DNA of 32,000 nt from contig NC_013202.1 in NCBI RefSeq assembly GCF_000023965.1, positions 810,001 to 842,000 of the forward strand, given 5' to 3'. The position numbers and the translations under genes are program-made. The stretch comes from Halomicrobium mukohataei DSM 12286. Its GTDB lineage: Archaea > Halobacteriota > Halobacteria > Halobacteriales > Haloarculaceae. The stretch's first letter is position 1. Every line of letters begins with the position of its first letter. The notes under the pieces are model-generated. The model had not been told where the DNA came from, made no database searches, and saw only the letters and a program-made list of their open reading frames with translations. Shown one piece after another: positions 24,948-32,000 of this stretch.

Positions 24948-25156
24948 CACAGAAAGCCCTCTGGCCGGCTATCACGTGGCGGCGACGCCGCCACGCTGTA
25001 CTCGCTCTTTCATCCGCCAGAAGTCGGCCACTTGGGCCGTCTACGTGCCTGGTGGATGAAAGGGCGAGGCGCGGTAGACGGATCTGCGCCGGCACTATTC
25101 GACCGACGGGAGAATATCCGGCACAGATCCGTCTAGCGTGGCGAGGGCTTTCGGTG
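24948..25156 (+). ncRNA. Candidate structured non-coding RNA (four-way junction fold), family unknown
   Basis: Nested complementarity was read directly from the sequence. The closing helix pairs 24948-24961 with 25143-25156 (13/14). A perfect 10-bp-arm palindrome lies at 24975-24995. A helix pairs 25001-25020 with 25049-25068 (20/20, including 2 G-U on the + strand). A second helix pairs 25075-25092 with 25118-25135 (17/18), with an extra inner 5-bp stem. The overlapping ORFs encode basic, non-halophilic peptides. Confidence 0.35.
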
Positions 25157-25244
25157 TCTGCAACGCAGAAAATGCAGCGGCTTCTCTGAGCACGACCCAT
25201 CGCGGGGCGCAACCGCCAAATAGCCGGCCCGACACTACTGGCGT

Positions 25245-25832
25245 ATGACCGACCGCACCGCGGCCGTCACCCGCGAGACGGCAGAGACCGACATCGAGGT
25301 GACGCTGGACGTCGACGGCGACGGCGAGTCGACGGTCGACACCGGCGTCGGCTTCTTCGATCACATGCTGGACTCGTTTGCGACCCACGGCCTGTTCGAC
25401 CTGACCGTCCACTGTGACGGCGACTTAGAGATCGACGACCACCACACCGTCGAGGACGTGGCGATCACGCTGGGCGAGGCCCTCGCGGAAGCGCTGGGCG
25501 AGAAACGCGGCATCCGGCGCTTCGCCGACCGCCGGGTCCCGCTGGACGAGGCCGTCGCCGGGGTCGTCGTCGACGTGTCCGGTCGGCCCTACTTCGCGTT
25601 CGACGGCGAGTTCTCGCAGGGACGGGTCGGCGGGCTGACCAGCCACATGGCCAAGCACTTCTGTCGGTCGCTCGCGACCAACGCCGGGCTGACGCTGCAC
25701 GTCGAGGTCGACGGCGAGAACGCCCACCACGAGATCGAGGCGCTGTTCAAGGGACTGGCGCGGGCGCTGGACGACGCCACCCGGATCGACGAGCGCCGGT
25801 CGGACGTGGCGAGCACGAAAGGCGAGCTATGA
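25245..25832 (+). CDS. hisB: Imidazoleglycerol-phosphate dehydratase
   Basis: ATG start, 195 aa. Motifs are [35 protein letters not shown] and [13 protein letters not shown]. Confidence 0.9.
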   Translation: MTDRTAAVTRETAETDIEVTLDVDGDGESTVDTGVGFFDHMLDSFATHGLFDLTVHCDGDLEIDDHHTVEDVAITLGEALAEALGEKRGIRRFADRRVPLDEAVAGVVVDVSGRPYFAFDGEFSQGRVGGLTSHMAKHFCRSLATNAGLTLHVEVDGENAHHEIEALFKGLARALDDATRIDERRSDVASTKGEL

Positions 25833-26356
25833 GCAGCGACACCGGTGGAGCGACGTTCGACACGATCATGGAGAAGTTCTCCGACTCGCCCGGCCAACAG
25901 CAGGTGATCCGCCTGCTGCTCGAACGGGGCTTCTCCGTCAACGACGACGGTCGAGTCGTCTCCGGCGGCATCGAGATTCCGAACACGGAGGTCGCCCGCG
26001 AGGTCGACGTGGACCGCCGTGTCGTCAACGCCACGACGAGCGCGATCCTCGAAGACGAACAGCTCACGCGCATCTTCCAGAACATCTCGGCGATCCCGAG
26101 CCTGATGGACCTGGCTCCGGTGCTGGATCTGACCGTGCTGACCGTCGCCGTCAGCAACGCCGAGGAGAGCGGCATCGTCGCGGCCGTCACCGACGCCATC
26201 GCGGACCACGACATCACGATCCGGCAGGTGATCTCCGAAGATCCGGAGTTCACCGACGACCCGCGCCTCTATGTCATCACCGACGAGGCCTTCCCCGGCG
26301 AGTTGATCACCGACATCAAGGCGCTGCCGTTCGTCCACCGGATCGAGTTGCAGTAG
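25829..26356 (+). CDS. ACT-domain protein, putative regulator of amino-acid metabolism
   Basis: Its ATG overlaps the hisB stop in the sequence ATGA. 175 aa. An N-terminal HTH-like part is followed by a C-terminal ACT-like part ([34 protein letters not shown]). Confidence 0.7.
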   Translation: MSSDTGGATFDTIMEKFSDSPGQQQVIRLLLERGFSVNDDGRVVSGGIEIPNTEVAREVDVDRRVVNATTSAILEDEQLTRIFQNISAIPSLMDLAPVLDLTVLTVAVSNAEESGIVAAVTDAIADHDITIRQVISEDPEFTDDPRLYVITDEAFPGELITDIKALPFVHRIELQ

Positions 26357-26411
26357 CGTTTCGGCGCGGCGGCGCTGTAGCTTTTTCCCGCTGGTCGCCC
26401 AACGACAGGCA

Positions 26412-27440
26412 ATGAGTCGCTATCGCAACGTGGGGCGGTTCCTGCGTGCGGTCTACACGGAAGTCCGCGCCGAACGGATCACGTTCATGGCCGGGAGTAT
26501 CGCCTACCACGCGTTCATCTCGCTGCTGCCGTTCTTGCTCGTCCTGTTACTGCTCGTCACGGAGTTCGGCGATCCAGAGACCGCGAGCCGACTGGTCGCG
26601 GCCATCGGGACGTACTTCTCACCGAACGAGAGCGGGCTCCTGACCAACGTCGTCGAAGGGGCGCGCAGCGAGACCAGCCTGTCGATCCTCGGCGTGCTGA
26701 CGCTACTCTGGGGCGCGCTCAAGATCTTCCGCAGTCTCGACACCGCGTTCTCGGACATCTACGAGACCGGCGACGAGAACACGCTGGGGGACACCTTCGC
26801 CGACGCGATCGTGGTCCTTGTGGCGCTCGTGGTCGGCCTGCTGATCGTCGGACTGGCGAGTACGCAACTCTCGTTCGGCGACGGCCCGGTCGGGACCCTG
26901 CTGTCGAAAGTCGTCGCCGTCGCGGCGCTGACACTGGTATTTCTTCCCGTGTTCTACGTCTTTCCCGACACCGACGTGACCGTTCGCGAGGTCGTCCCCG
27001 GCACCGTCGTCGCCGCCGGGGGCTGGACCGCCCTCGAATCGCTGTTTCGCTACTACGTCGCCTTCACCGGCACCTCCGAGACCTTCGGCGTCGTCGGGAC
27101 GATCCTCCTGATCGTCACGTGGCTCTACTTCAACGGCCTCGTCCTGCTGGTCGCGGCGGCGACGAACGCGGTCCTGGCCGGCCGTTCCGAGGACGTGGCC
27201 GCCATCGGCTGGGGCGAGGAAGAACTGGTCGAGACTGTCGAATTTGCCGAGCCCCTCGAAGAGATCTGTGGGGCCTTGGACGCCGGGGAGCCGGTGACCG
27301 TCCAGACCGGCGAGACCAGCGTGACCCTCCCGCCGGCGGACGAGCGCGACTGCAGCGTCGAACAGATCGACCGCCCGGACCTGCTGGGCGGCGACGAGGC
27401 ACGGGGCCGGCTCGTTCTGCGCTGGGAAGGCGAGCGGTGA
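26412..27440 (+). CDS. YihY/BrkB (ribonuclease BN-like) family membrane protein
   Basis: ATG start, 342 aa. The motif ITFMAGSIAYHAFISLLPFLLVLL and five to six TM segments are followed by an acidic soluble tail. Confidence 0.8.
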   Translation: MSRYRNVGRFLRAVYTEVRAERITFMAGSIAYHAFISLLPFLLVLLLLVTEFGDPETASRLVAAIGTYFSPNESGLLTNVVEGARSETSLSILGVLTLLWGALKIFRSLDTAFSDIYETGDENTLGDTFADAIVVLVALVVGLLIVGLASTQLSFGDGPVGTLLSKVVAVAALTLVFLPVFYVFPDTDVTVREVVPGTVVAAGGWTALESLFRYYVAFTGTSETFGVVGTILLIVTWLYFNGLVLLVAAATNAVLAGRSEDVAAIGWGEEELVETVEFAEPLEEICGALDAGEPVTVQTGETSVTLPPADERDCSVEQIDRPDLLGGDEARGRLVLRWEGER

Positions 27441-27480
27441 CTCGCTGGGAGCGAACTGTGTGCCGCCGGGAGGACGAGGG

Positions 27481-27663
27481 ATGACGACGGCGACCATCAC
27501 CGTCGAGACCGGCTTCGTTCTGGGGGCCCAGATCGTCGGGCCGGAAGCCTCGGAGCTGATCGCCGAGGTCGGCCTGGCCATCGAGATGGGCGCGACCCTC
27601 GAGGATCTGAGGTCGACGATCCACACCCACCCGACCCTCTCGGAGGCGATCCACACCCGTTGA
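27481..27663 (+). pseudogene. Remnant of the C-terminal dimerisation domain of a dihydrolipoamide dehydrogenase-type pyridine nucleotide-disulfide oxidoreductase
   Basis: The peptide VLGAQIVGPEASELIAEVGLAIEMGATLEDLRSTIHTHPTLSEA matches the conserved C-terminus of LpdA/MerA-type flavoproteins. No FAD/NAD domains lie upstream, because the YihY gene ends at 27440. Confidence 0.7.
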
Positions 27664-27940
27664 GTCGTCGGACCACGCCCGCGAGGCGATCAGTCCAGCG
27701 CCGGACACTGTTCGAGTGCCGCCGAGAGCCTCGGACACCACGGAGTCTGGGAGAGGCCCCGGCCCTGTCGGTGGGTAGTATACAAACCCAGGACGGAGGC
27801 GCACCGTTGCGCGACCCACTGCCGGTGTGGGGTGAGAAAGCGTGATACCGAGAACGGCACCCCACGAGAATATGACCAATTCCCTATAATTTGGAGTCCA
27901 CTGGCAGAGAACAGCGGACGAACTCGATCGACGTGACGGA

Positions 27941-27975
27941 GAGGTCACTGTGCCTTCGGGTGACCCTCGATTTTT
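27941..27975 (+). terminator. Hairpin followed by T5, a possible orphan terminator
   Basis: gaggtcac (27941-27948) pairs with gtgaccctc (27960-27968), with one bulge. It is followed by the run ttttt (27971-27975). No intact gene lies upstream on this strand. Confidence 0.3.
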
Positions 27976-28029
27976 CAGAGGACGACAAGACGATAATTGA
28001 TGGTTAAATTTACGTTACTGATTTCACAG

Positions 28030-28072
28030 TTATCTAATATAATATATCTATTCACATTTAATACCCGAAACT
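28030..28072 (+). promoter_or_regulatory. AT-rich promoter region of the TetR gene (TATA-like element about 27 nt upstream of the ATG, suggesting a leaderless mRNA)
   Basis: ctaatataatatatcta at 28034-28050. Local GC is far below the window average. Short direct repeats are present (tatcta twice, ttcaca twice). Confidence 0.35.
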
Positions 28073-28693
28073 ATGTCTGGGAAGAAAAGACCGACCGATG
28101 CAACGCTTCGAGAAGGTTTCGTCGAGGCAGGTCGCTCCCTCGTGTTGGACAGCGATCCAGAAGCCATCGACGGTGCCGATGTCGCAGCTGAGCTCGGCGT
28201 CGACGAAGACCGCTTTTACCGGTGCTTCGATAGCACTGGCGAGTTGCTACTAGAGATATACTCTCGGGAAGTCGAATCGTTTACCGAGCAGCTTCGCGCA
28301 GAACTGAGTGAGATCGGCGACGACAGCGAGGCGATCCGATTGTTCTTCGAACGATACCTCGCATTCTTCGCCGAGAACCCGTACATGGACGCCGCACGGT
28401 CGATCGACGACGCCTTCGGGCTCGCCCTCGAAACTCCCGAGCGGGCCAGAGCGTTCGAACGGACGCTACTCGAACAACAACTTCCACTCATCGAACAGGT
28501 CCAACAGCACAGCGACGGCCCGATAGCAGAGATGGATCCGGCCATCGTCTTCGGCTTTCTCCGACCGCTTCGGAGCCTCCACAGTGACGTACAGACATCG
28601 GATCGAGCATATTTCGAAGCGGTTCTCGACGCTCTCGTCGACGTGCTCGTTCGTGGTTTGACGAGTAATGGACCTGCCGAGCAGGTCCACTGA
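28073..28693 (+). CDS. TetR/AcrR-family transcriptional regulator
   Basis: ATG start, 206 aa. An N-terminal HTH region (LREGFVEAGRSLVL...IDGADVAAELGVDEDRFYRCFDSTGELLLEIY) is followed by an all-helical C-terminal domain. Confidence 0.78.
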   Translation: MSGKKRPTDATLREGFVEAGRSLVLDSDPEAIDGADVAAELGVDEDRFYRCFDSTGELLLEIYSREVESFTEQLRAELSEIGDDSEAIRLFFERYLAFFAENPYMDAARSIDDAFGLALETPERARAFERTLLEQQLPLIEQVQQHSDGPIAEMDPAIVFGFLRPLRSLHSDVQTSDRAYFEAVLDALVDVLVRGLTSNGPAEQVH

Positions 28694-28794
28694 CAGAAGT
28701 GACTACGTGAGGACCCGCCGGACGGAGCGGTTGCCGACCCAAATCACCGTCACGATCGGGCCGGAGCAGCGCGGCCAGCCACTCGTCGAGGCAC

Positions 28795-29643
28795 TCATGG
28801 CCACTCCGCATCGACACCGACTACCGATGCGGTCGTCTCCCAGACCCGCTGGCGGACAGCCGGATCCTGCGCCTCCGGCGGGAGCTCGGCTGGGGCGTCA
28901 TCTCGGTAATAACGGCCAGACCGAGTCTCGAAGCTCGGATCGGTGGCCAGCGAGACAAGTCGGTTCGCGGCGGTTCCCACGTCGACCCCCCAGAAGGGTA
29001 GGATATCCGCGACGCGAGCGAGCACTTTCCGCCACCACGGTACGTTCCGGACGATGTTGGTCCCGGGGACGAAGCCGGGATGAAAACAGTTCGCTGTGAC
29101 GTCGCTGGGGTCGAGTCGCTCGGCCAGTTCCGCGATGAAGACCACGTTCGCCAGTTCGGCGCGAGCGTAGGCGTCGACCCAGTCGTATGCAGACCGCATC
29201 TGTAGGTCGTCGAACGCCAGTTCGCCGAGGCGATGGAGATGAGACATCGTCAAGACGATGCGGCTCGAAGTGTTCGCTCTGAGTCGACCGATCAACTCGT
29301 GGGTTAGCAGATACGGGGCGGCGTGGTTGACAGCCAGCGTCAACTCGACGCCGTCAGCAGTCTCAGTGCGGGTCGGTGAACAGGTCCCGGCGTTGTGCGC
29401 GAGCACATCGATACTGTCGTACTGACTGCGCAACGCAGCTGCTAAGGAACGAACAGCTGCCTGCGTGCCGAGATCAGCCTCGTAGAATCGTATCTCGCCC
29501 GCAGACTCGGTGTCGGCGAGTTCGCGACCGCGGTCCGCATCACGGCCCACTACGGCTACCTCTGCGCCACCCTCGGCTAACCGGATCGCAGCCTCCCGGC
29601 CGATACCGCTGGTGCCACCAGTGAGGACGATCGTCGATGTCAT
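28795..29643 (-). CDS. Short-chain dehydrogenase/reductase (SDR) family oxidoreductase
   Basis: ATG at 29643 (codon 42 of the track ORF) gives MTSTIVLTGGTSGIGREAA, containing the TGxxxGxG motif. NHAAP is present. 282 aa. Confidence 0.85.
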   Translation of the reverse strand: MTSTIVLTGGTSGIGREAAIRLAEGGAEVAVVGRDADRGRELADTESAGEIRFYEADLGTQAAVRSLAAALRSQYDSIDVLAHNAGTCSPTRTETADGVELTLAVNHAAPYLLTHELIGRLRANTSSRIVLTMSHLHRLGELAFDDLQMRSAYDWVDAYARAELANVVFIAELAERLDPSDVTANCFHPGFVPGTNIVRNVPWWRKVLARVADILPFWGVDVGTAANRLVSLATDPSFETRSGRYYRDDAPAELPPEAQDPAVRQRVWETTASVVGVDAEWP

Positions 29644-29846
29644 CGATTGCCCCCTGTCCAGCAACGCGGTTCGATCCCGACAGCTCGCACCGAGGCAGTG
29701 GGAGTCGACCGCGGTCCGAAATATCGGTGTCGGCGGTCGTCTCGTCGCTCTCGTCGGCGACGGCACGATACGTCGGTTTCAACAGTGAATCCGTATTCGG
29801 ATCGAAGCATGCGTAGCGAGTACGATCGACAGTCGCAGTGAACCGC

Positions 29847-30656
29847 TCAGTAGTCGCCAAGGACGGCGAGCCGTCGTGCCCGGCGCTGACACCAGACGAA
29901 CACGGCATAGCCCGCAACAAGGTAGAACAGCCCGGTCCCCAGCAAGAGCAGCAGCGAGACGGGATCGAAGTCCCAGAGGCGATAGCCATCGGTCATAGCC
30001 GCTTGCAGCATGGCGCTGCCCTGAGCCAGCGGAAGCAGTCGGAGTAGGTCGACGCCAGTCGTGGGCACAGCGACGAGGCCAGCCAACGCGAAATTACAGA
30101 GGGCGAGCCAACTGTCGACTTTCTTGTAGAGGACCGATATGCCACCGACCGCGAAGCCGATACCGAACACCGAACTGACAGACAGTAGCACGATCGGCAC
30201 GATCGTGAGGAGATCCACCTGGAGCTGTTGGCCCGTGATCACGAGCATCCCCAGGAGCATCAACGTCGAAACGAGCCCGGCGAAGACGAGCGTAGCGAGT
30301 GCCTTCGTCAGGAGTACGACGTTGAATCCCAGCGGCGTGAGGAAGTGTCGCTCCATCGTCCCCCACTCGGATTCCTTCCAGATCGCTTTCCCCACGTCGA
30401 TGAACGCGATCGTCGAAAGCGTCCAGAGGAAAAATCCGACAACGATACTGTCAAGCGACTTGTCGAACCCATCTCCGACGAGGGCACGGCCACCGAGGAA
30501 GATCACCCCGAAAATGAGGGCATAGGCGAGTAACAATCCGCCCGTATCGACCGGATATCTGAGATAGACGAGAAGTTCCCGCTTTGCAACAACGCGGATC
30601 AGGTTGGCGTACGACGCCCAGCCGCCCACAGCGGATCGGGCCCCCACGTCACTCAC
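29847..30656 (-). CDS. ABC-2 type transporter permease
   Basis: 269 aa with about six TM segments. The GTG start at 30656 overlaps the end of the upstream ATPase fragment by 8 nt, which is typical operon coupling. Confidence 0.78.
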   Translation of the reverse strand: MSDVGARSAVGGWASYANLIRVVAKRELLVYLRYPVDTGGLLLAYALIFGVIFLGGRALVGDGFDKSLDSIVVGFFLWTLSTIAFIDVGKAIWKESEWGTMERHFLTPLGFNVVLLTKALATLVFAGLVSTLMLLGMLVITGQQLQVDLLTIVPIVLLSVSSVFGIGFAVGGISVLYKKVDSWLALCNFALAGLVAVPTTGVDLLRLLPLAQGSAMLQAAMTDGYRLWDFDPVSLLLLLGTGLFYLVAGYAVFVWCQRRARRLAVLGDY

Positions 30657-30958
30657 CCCCCGTCACTTCAACGAAGGCCTCTTTCATATCAGGGGTGTCG
30701 GTCGCGATGTCGACGATCCGTGCGCCTGCATCCTGAAATCGGTTCATGAGGTGGTACAGTCCGTCGCTGTCGACAGCGAGTCGCACGATCGTGCGTTCGT
30801 CTCGGGCGTCTATCGTCGCCTGAGGGAACCGCTCGTTGATCGCAGTCCGGACGGAAGTCGGGCAGTTCCTGAGGTCGATCCGGTATTCTTTCGTACCGAA
30901 CATATCGAGGAGCGATGAAACGGTGTCGTCGGCGACGATTCGCCCGTCTTGCATGATA
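30649..30958 (-). pseudogene. ABC transporter ATP-binding protein, 3' fragment (gene split by IS insertion)
   Basis: Minus-strand reading gives ...IMQDGRIVADDTVSSLL... to the stop at 30649. The matching upstream part (MDVIEDVCDRVIIMQ) resumes at 31955, on the far side of the IS. Confidence 0.85.
30950..30958. repeat. Target-site duplication, left copy (tgcatgata)
   Basis: It is identical to 31955-31963 and lies immediately outside the IS terminal inverted repeat. Confidence 0.8.
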
Positions 30959-31954
30959 CGCTCTTGTGAAGCACGTTGTTGATTTTCAGAGTGCGGCGTT
31001 GAGAGCATGTTTGAGTGCTTCGTCACCTGGTTTTCTGTAGAGTTCACGGCGGAGTTCGAAGGCTCTGAGATACGGCGTTAGCTTGTCTTTCGAGACGCCT
31101 CGATGGGGCGAGAGCCACCGTCGCGTCAGCGACGCGTGGCTCTCGCAGCCGTTGACGTGTACTTCGCCATCAGCGTATTCACCGTCGCTGTGGACGACGT
31201 ATTTGCGGGTGAATGAGTCGTCGTCTTCTAGTGGGTCGTAGGCCCGAAATCCGTCCGTATAGACGGTCAGTGACTCCTCTTCGTGGTCAGCAAGCAGGAG
31301 TCGAACGGTCGATTCGTCAGCGGATTTCGCTGGCACGACGTACCGCTCGTCCGAACCACGATCGACGAGCGTGAACACCGGCGGTTTGTCGCCGTCGTAC
31401 GATCCCCGTCCACGCGTGGACAGGCCACGCGAGCGCGACTCCTGGTCACGCTCGCGGCCTTTGAGACCAGCAGAGACGTACACTTCGTCGATTTCGACCG
31501 GTCCAGACAGCGTAATCGAAGGCGCGTCGAGAGTTCTGGCGAACTGCTCGACGTGCCGTCTCACCGTCCGGTAGGAACAATCAAGCTCTGCCTCGATTTG
31601 CCGAATACTCGTGTTGAACCGTAAGAACACGTAGATCGTGAAGTACCATTCTTTGAGCTTCAGCTTCGAGTGAGCGAAGATCGTGTCGGTCTTGTCGTTG
31701 AACGTGCGACCGCAATTCTTACACAGATACCGTTGATACACCCGGTAGCTGCCGTTTCTGACCGTCAGGTCAGAACGGCAGCGGGGGCACTCGACGCCAT
31801 CACGCCAGCGAACCTGTTCCAGCAGGTCCGCTGCAGCCGATTCCGACACGAACCGGCTTATTGGGAACATATCGGGCACCGCTAGCGCGGTGCCCTTGCC
31901 CTCTTCGACTTTCAGCTCCAGCCATCGCTATCAACAATCTCCTTCGCAAGAGCG
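30959..31954 (-). mobile_element. IS1595-family (ISH4-group) insertion sequence, 996 bp
   Basis: The terminal inverted repeats are cgctcttgtgaagcacgttgttga (30959-30982) and tcaacaatctccttcgcaagagcg (31931-31954), matching at 20 of 24 positions. There is a single transposase ORF. The element is flanked by an 8-9 bp direct repeat and interrupts an ABC ATPase reading frame. Confidence 0.88.
30986..31879 (-). CDS. IS1595-family transposase (N-terminal zinc-finger plus DDE domain)
   Basis: 297 aa. It has the CPRCRS...CKNCGRTF zinc finger and DDE-type core blocks (VEIDEVYV ... VYTDGFRAYD ... NGCES). The track start is GTG at 31879. An ATG at 31870 is an alternative start. Confidence 0.9.
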   Translation of the reverse strand: MPDMFPISRFVSESAAADLLEQVRWRDGVECPRCRSDLTVRNGSYRVYQRYLCKNCGRTFNDKTDTIFAHSKLKLKEWYFTIYVFLRFNTSIRQIEAELDCSYRTVRRHVEQFARTLDAPSITLSGPVEIDEVYVSAGLKGRERDQESRSRGLSTRGRGSYDGDKPPVFTLVDRGSDERYVVPAKSADESTVRLLLADHEEESLTVYTDGFRAYDPLEDDDSFTRKYVVHSDGEYADGEVHVNGCESHASLTRRWLSPHRGVSKDKLTPYLRAFELRRELYRKPGDEALKHALNAAL

Positions 31955-31963
31955 TGCATGATA
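31955..31963. repeat. Target-site duplication, right copy (tgcatgata)
   Basis: It is identical to 30950-30958. Confidence 0.8.
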
Positions 31964-32000
31964 ATAACTCGATCACAGACGTCCTCAATGACGTCCATAT
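31955..32000 (-). pseudogene. ABC transporter ATP-binding protein, 5' part of the IS-split gene (continues beyond the window)
   Basis: The reverse complement reads ...ATG GAC GTC ATT GAG GAC GTC TGT GAT CGA GTT ATT ATC ATG CA, which translates to MDVIEDVCDRVIIMQ. This is the region just downstream of the D-loop in ABC ATPases. Confidence 0.7.

Noticed and set aside
24891-25212. ORFs 24891..25136 (+, 81 aa) and 24901..25212 (-, 103 aa) as genes
   Set aside because: Both are Arg-rich and basic, have no GC3 bias that I can see, and overlap the helix-forming segments. They are more likely non-coding.
24880-25244. A known structural RNA (tRNA, SRP/7S RNA, RNase P RNA or C/D box sRNA) in the hisB upstream gap
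   Set aside because: There is no T-loop or cloverleaf. There is no GAGGAAAGUCC on either strand. The SRP helix-8 GGAA tetraloop and AGCA motif are absent, as are convincing C (RUGAUGA) and D (CUGA) box pairs. It is therefore kept only as an unclassified structured candidate.
16549-27656. Other long antisense or alternative-frame ORFs: 16549..17784, 17657..18763, 19260..20540, 19276..20580, 22119..23066, 23266..24564, 23576..24493, 25589..26338 and 26703..27656
   Set aside because: Each overlaps a motif-supported gene on the opposite strand or in another frame. All have the Arg/Pro/Gly-rich composition typical of out-of-frame translation of high-GC coding DNA.
27664-27940. A tRNA gene, att site or further gene fragment at the putative island border
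   Set aside because: I found no cloverleaf or T-loop, no direct repeat matching elsewhere in the window, and no translation in any frame that resembles a known protein. A BLASTX search could still find something I cannot see by eye.
30959-31047. The N-terminal 30 residues of ORF 30649..31047 as part of an ABC ATPase
   Set aside because: This stretch is the terminal inverted repeat and 3' end region of the IS element, overlapping the transposase stop. The genuine ATPase sequence starts only at 30958 and continues at 31955.
1-32000. Defence systems, toxin-antitoxin pairs, prophage or secondary-metabolite clusters
   Set aside because: I looked for nuclease, ATPase, methyltransferase, reverse transcriptase, Cas and small paired-gene signatures and recognised none. 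The only mobile-element signature is the IS1595-type element.

Overview
This window is a high-GC haloarchaeal chromosomal segment. Predicted proteins are strongly acidic, third codon positions are GC-rich, and every real gene casts long antisense shadow ORFs. I can support about 33 protein-coding genes.

Positions 1-27.4 kb look like core genome:
- a TrkA-C/PhoU-like protein, an M14-like AstE/AspA-family hydrolase and a threonine-synthase-like PLP enzyme
- a cytoplasmic GH9 glycosidase, tRNA(Ile2) agmatidine synthetase TiaS and a euryarchaeal XRE-type HTH regulator
- glutaredoxin, an NCS2 nucleobase permease, pyrE and a second phosphoribosyltransferase
- a PAS histidine kinase, a phosphohexomutase and an A24 prepilin/preflagellin peptidase
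- hisI, hisA and hisB at three separate loci
- 2Fe-2S ferredoxin, a PiT phosphate transporter, a TrmB regulator divergent from an MFS transporter, an ACT-domain protein and a YihY/BrkB membrane protein

Positions 27.4-32 kb look accessory, with lower GC and an AT-rich gap. This part holds a roughly 60-aa remnant of a dihydrolipoamide-dehydrogenase-type gene and a TetR / SDR / ABC-2 exporter cassette. The cassette's ATPase gene is split by a 996-bp IS1595(ISH4)-type element with a target-site duplication.

I did not recognise a known defence system, CRISPR array, tRNA or rRNA. The features the gene list does not explain are:
1. A roughly 1-kb array of about 6.6 tandem 154-bp repeats at 9011-10022. 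It sits between two convergent genes, and each unit carries the last 14 codons plus the stop codon of the glutaredoxin gene, along with hairpin/U-run modules on both strands.
2. A roughly 215-nt non-coding segment upstream of hisB (24948-25156). It folds on paper into a four-way junction, including a 20/20-bp helix with two G-U pairs.
3. An 81-nt hairpin-forming inverted repeat with 35-nt arms (12434-12514), located between the two phosphoribosyltransferase genes.

All family assignments come from motif recognition by eye. No database search was run.
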